Shown in pieces: positions 60,422 to 64,000 of a stretch of 64,000 bases of DNA. How positions within the stretch are numbered: the first letter of the stretch is position 1; every line of letters starts with the position of its first letter. The notes below the pieces were generated by a model. It was not told the DNA's origin and searched no databases. It saw nothing but the letters and a program-made list of their open reading frames with translations. Source of the DNA: Octopus vulgaris (taxonomy: Eukaryota); contig OX597821.1 in the NCBI GenBank assembly GCA_951406725.2, positions 101,494,001 through 101,558,000 of the forward strand. Direction: 5' to 3'. The translations under genes were made by a program, and so were the position numbers.

Positions 60422-61734
60422 GTTTGTATTCACTTTGTTCAATTAAATATTTTTGTATTGTATCTACTTATCTATACTAGTTGTAGGGCATTGTATTAGA
60501 CCCCAGAGCAAGATACTTAAATATATTTGCTTCTTCATGTTTGTTTTAGAGAAAATCACTAACATCTGTTTGAGGTTTGTAATGATTTCTTGTTTCAGAG
60601 TTTTTAAATTGTTACATATCTCTCTAACGTTACCATAACATGACACTTGGCTTGTTTACAAATAATTTCTGCTGATATGAATATATTTTTATTATATCTG
60701 TCACTAAAACAGACTAGCTTTTTTCTAGAAAATATTTAATTCTCAAATATCTGTTGACTTATTGTGAATCACGTAACTAAAAACTAGTATACACACACAC
60801 ATCATTCAATACTCTTATGTTAATGAGGAAGCCCTTATACAGTCACTCAACCTGCCGGAAATAGCAATCAAATCTCCCTCTAAATCACATTCTGCAGTTT
60901 TAAAGAAAGGGAAGGATGCATTGAACAGTGTCATCCTAGATATACAAAAAGATGCCTTTGATCATAGGTCCATCTGATCATGCTGACCTGGGGTTAAACA
61001 ACAGCTGTCTGTACTCTTGATTTACCATCCAGCAGTATTCTATCTTTTTCTCTTCTATTCATTCATCATCATTTAACGTGCATATTCTTTGCTGGTATGA
61101 ATTGAATTGTTTCACAGGATCTAATGGGTTCAAAGACTGCATCGTGTTCCAATGTCTGATTTGGTATGGTTTCTACAGTTGAATACCCTTCTCAAGGCCA
61201 TTCTTGCAAAAGATTTGCTCTCTTGGAATTATTGATTCTATATCCCTTGTTCCCCAGAGTTATTTGATGCTGCTTCCTATTCTCCTCTTCCCTAAATCTA
61301 TCTCCTCAGAAACTACCTAATTAATCCATGCCACCCCCTCCTCCCCCAGCTGCCAGCCTGCAGTATTAAACTACACTGGAAGACAGATAACTTGACTCTT
61401 CCGGTCTGCAAGTCTCTAAGAAGGCTAAAGGCAATGTCCCTTCAACTATAACTATAATCCAACCAAACCCTTGTCAGTGGATTTGCTAGATGGAAACAGA
61501 AACAAGTGCATTGTGGTTAGTGTTAGAAAGGGCACCCGGCCATAGAAACCAAGCTGAAACAGACAAGGAGCCCAGGCTTCTCACTCTTCAGCTGTTCAGC
61601 TCTTGTCAAACCGTCCAGCCCATGCCAGCATGGAAAATAATCATGATGATATGTGTGTGTGTGTGTGTGTTAGAAAGAGAGATTGTTTGTGTGATTGTGT
61701 GCACCCTTATCTTGACATGATGTGGTGATTGTAG

Positions 61735-62160
61735 GCAGTGAGCTGGCAGAATCGTTAGCACGCTGGATAAAATGCTTAATGGTATTTTGCCTGTCTCTAC
61801 GGCGAGCTGGCAGAACGTTAGCACGCAGGGCGAAATGCTGAGCGGTATTTTGTCTGCCGTTACGTTGTGAGTTCAAATTCCACCGAGGTCGACTTTGCCT
61901 TTTATCCTTTCGGGGTCGATTAAATAAGTACCAGTTACGCACTGGGGTCGATGTAATCGACTTAATCTGTTTGTCTGTCTTTGATTGTCCCCTCTGTGTT
62001 TAGCCCCTTGTGGGCAGTAAAGAAATAGGTATTTCACCTGCCACTACGTTCTGAGTTCAAATTCCGTTGGGGTCGATGAAATAAGTACCAGTTATGCACT
62101 GGGGTTGATGAAATCGACTATCGCCCTCCCCCAAATTTCAGGCCTTGTGCCTATAGTAGG
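61735..62160 (+). mobile_element. Nested or tandem SINEs of the Nin-like core family (young copy 61801-62027 inside an older copy); other copies at 12762-12965, 57796-57998, 62935-63141 (-) and 63459-63635
   Basis: Repeated head gagctggcagaa..gttagcacgc, B-box-like gagttcaaatt and core gtcgactttgccttt.atcctttcggggtcgat..a.taagtaccag. Confidence 0.78.
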
Positions 62161-63659
62161 AAAGATGATGTGATTGTAAACAAGCATCCCCATCAATAAG
62201 CGGTTATTTCCTGTCTCCTATGCAAAGAATGTCTGACAGCAGGGTTATATTACATTGCTTGGAAACAGGTATTGGTTAGTGGCAGGAAAGGCATCCAGCC
62301 ACAGAAAATGTACCTCAACAAATTCTGAGCTACACAGGCATGAATAAGTGGAGATTAGCCCTTTAGCATTCGGATTATCCTGTTAAATGTAATGCTTATT
62401 TGTTCACATTGTTTTGAATTAATCATGCATTATGTTGTGCTTTTAAGATTTTGATGTTGTGATTGTGTACTTTTAGAATGACATTGTAGGGTAGGTGTGA
62501 GAGGCCAGATCTGGCTGGTTTGAACATAAAACAGTTTAAATGTTAAAATGTTGAATGGCGATGATGATAAACAAAAAGTTACCAATCACACAAATGGTGG
62601 TAGTGGTGGTTGTTGTTCTTGTAACAACAGCTGTAGTAGCAGTAAAATTATTGGACAGATCCAGCAGTAGTTTATCAGCACAAAAGTTTTGAATTTAATT
62701 TCAACGCAGGTGATTTCTTGCCTATTGACAGTATATTATTGGCTTTGATTACTTAAATGTAGGGAATCTATTGGAGCATCTTGTATCATGTTCTAATCTT
62801 TTTATTATTAGGAAACCGAAGCAAAATCTTAGGCCTTAAGAGTTCCTGTTTCTCCCCATTAAGAAACATTTACACACGCTGAAGTTAATCTTGATATTGT
62901 CCAGATATTCAGTGGGAAGTAATAATCCTTTCTACTGGAAGCACAAGGCCTCAAATTTAGGGGAAGGGATTAAGTCAATTACATTGATCCCAGTGCGTAA
63001 CTGGTACTTTTTTAATTGACCCCGAAAAGATGAAAGGCAAAGTTGACCTTGGCAGAATTTGAACTCAGAACGTGAAGATGGACGAACTGCTGCAAAAAGC
63101 ATTTTGTCTGGCGTGCTAACAATTCTGCCAGCTCGCTGCCCTTCAGTGGGAAGTAATAGTAAATGTAATAAAGACCAATTAGTAACTTATTTTGGAAACA
63201 GATTGTCTCCCTTCTATGTCTAAAACAAAAAAAACTAAAAGCAATACTTATAAAGCATCATCATCAGTTAACGTCCTCTTTTCCATGTTGGCATGGGTGA
63301 GACGTTATCCTGCTCAGAGGTAAATTGTTTTCCCTTCACTAGTGTTGGCCCTCAACTGTTGAGGGTTATCAAGATCCAATTTCCTCATGTCACATTTAAC
63401 CACATTTTTTACATCTCAGTTTAAGATCTATGCCTGCTCCAATATCTTGTAATTACTATGGCAGAAACGTTAGCACACCAGGCAAAATGCTTAGCTGTAT
63501 TTCGTCTGTCTTTACGTTCTGAGTTCAAATTCCATCGAGGTCGACTTTTCCTTTCATCCTTTCAGGGTTGATAAATTAAGTACCAGTTGCAAACTGGGTA
63601 AAAAATTTCAGGTCTTGAGCCTGGAATAGAAAAGAATATTTTGTGATCAATAGACAACT

Positions 63660-64000
63660 GTAACCGGATCATTTGAATTAGCATCTGAGTCACATTTCTC
63701 CCCTTCTTTAAACACAACCAAATTGGCAACGGTTTCTTGCATCAATATCTCTTCACTGCTAAGACACTTGGCTTTCTCTAGGATGAGATTGTTCCTGACT
63801 TAGTTTTTCATATCGTGGTCTCAGCATGAATGCAAGTAGATTTTATTTTTTCCTTCTTGTGGTGTATCATCAATGCCTTTGCTCTGCAAAAGTAGGGTGG
63901 ACAATATTGCTTCATATAGTTTGTATTTCATTTGGATCGATGTGTGCTTGTTCTTTCACAGTTATTCTCTCAGCCTTCTGAATGCCAAAGTGGCCTTACT
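63660..64000 (-). mobile_element. Degenerate RTE-like LINE fragment running off the window end
   Basis: Minus-strand SKATLAFRRLRE and VRNNLILEKAKCLSSEEIL remnants. Confidence 0.45.

Overview
AT-rich, repeat-saturated eukaryotic genomic DNA. The SINE, LINE-tail and microsatellite families look like those of Octopus (coleoid cephalopod); this is an inference from repeat content. I assembled three intron-containing genes by hand from GT-AG boundaries and reading-frame phase. (1) An SRSF11/SREK1 (Srp54)-family splicing factor on +, with 11 core coding exons at 4218-25450; its 5' RRM1 exons lie upstream of the window. (2) A complete 7-exon CIB1-like EF-hand gene on - (40745 to 28003, 193 aa), convergent with gene 1. 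(3) The first four coding exons of VPS28 (ESCRT-I) on + (50566-60421), continuing past the window. Introns and intergenic DNA contain a decayed full-length Tigger, a deleted piggyBac with related MITEs, a deleted mariner, hAT and Tc2/pogo MITEs, RTE, CR1, Hero-like and Penelope-like remnants, and at least three SINE families. There are no prokaryotic features or CRISPR arrays. The most interesting leads are in the SRSF11-like gene: an RS domain built from frame-neutral phase-2 exons, two extra in-frame candidate exons (18 nt and 66 nt), candidate poison exons, and a near loop-less hairpin of about 170 bp in the last intron. Outside it, a palindromic two-way poly(A) signal lies between the convergent genes, and degenerate hammerhead-like motifs occur upstream of VPS28. 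None of these leads is proven from sequence alone.
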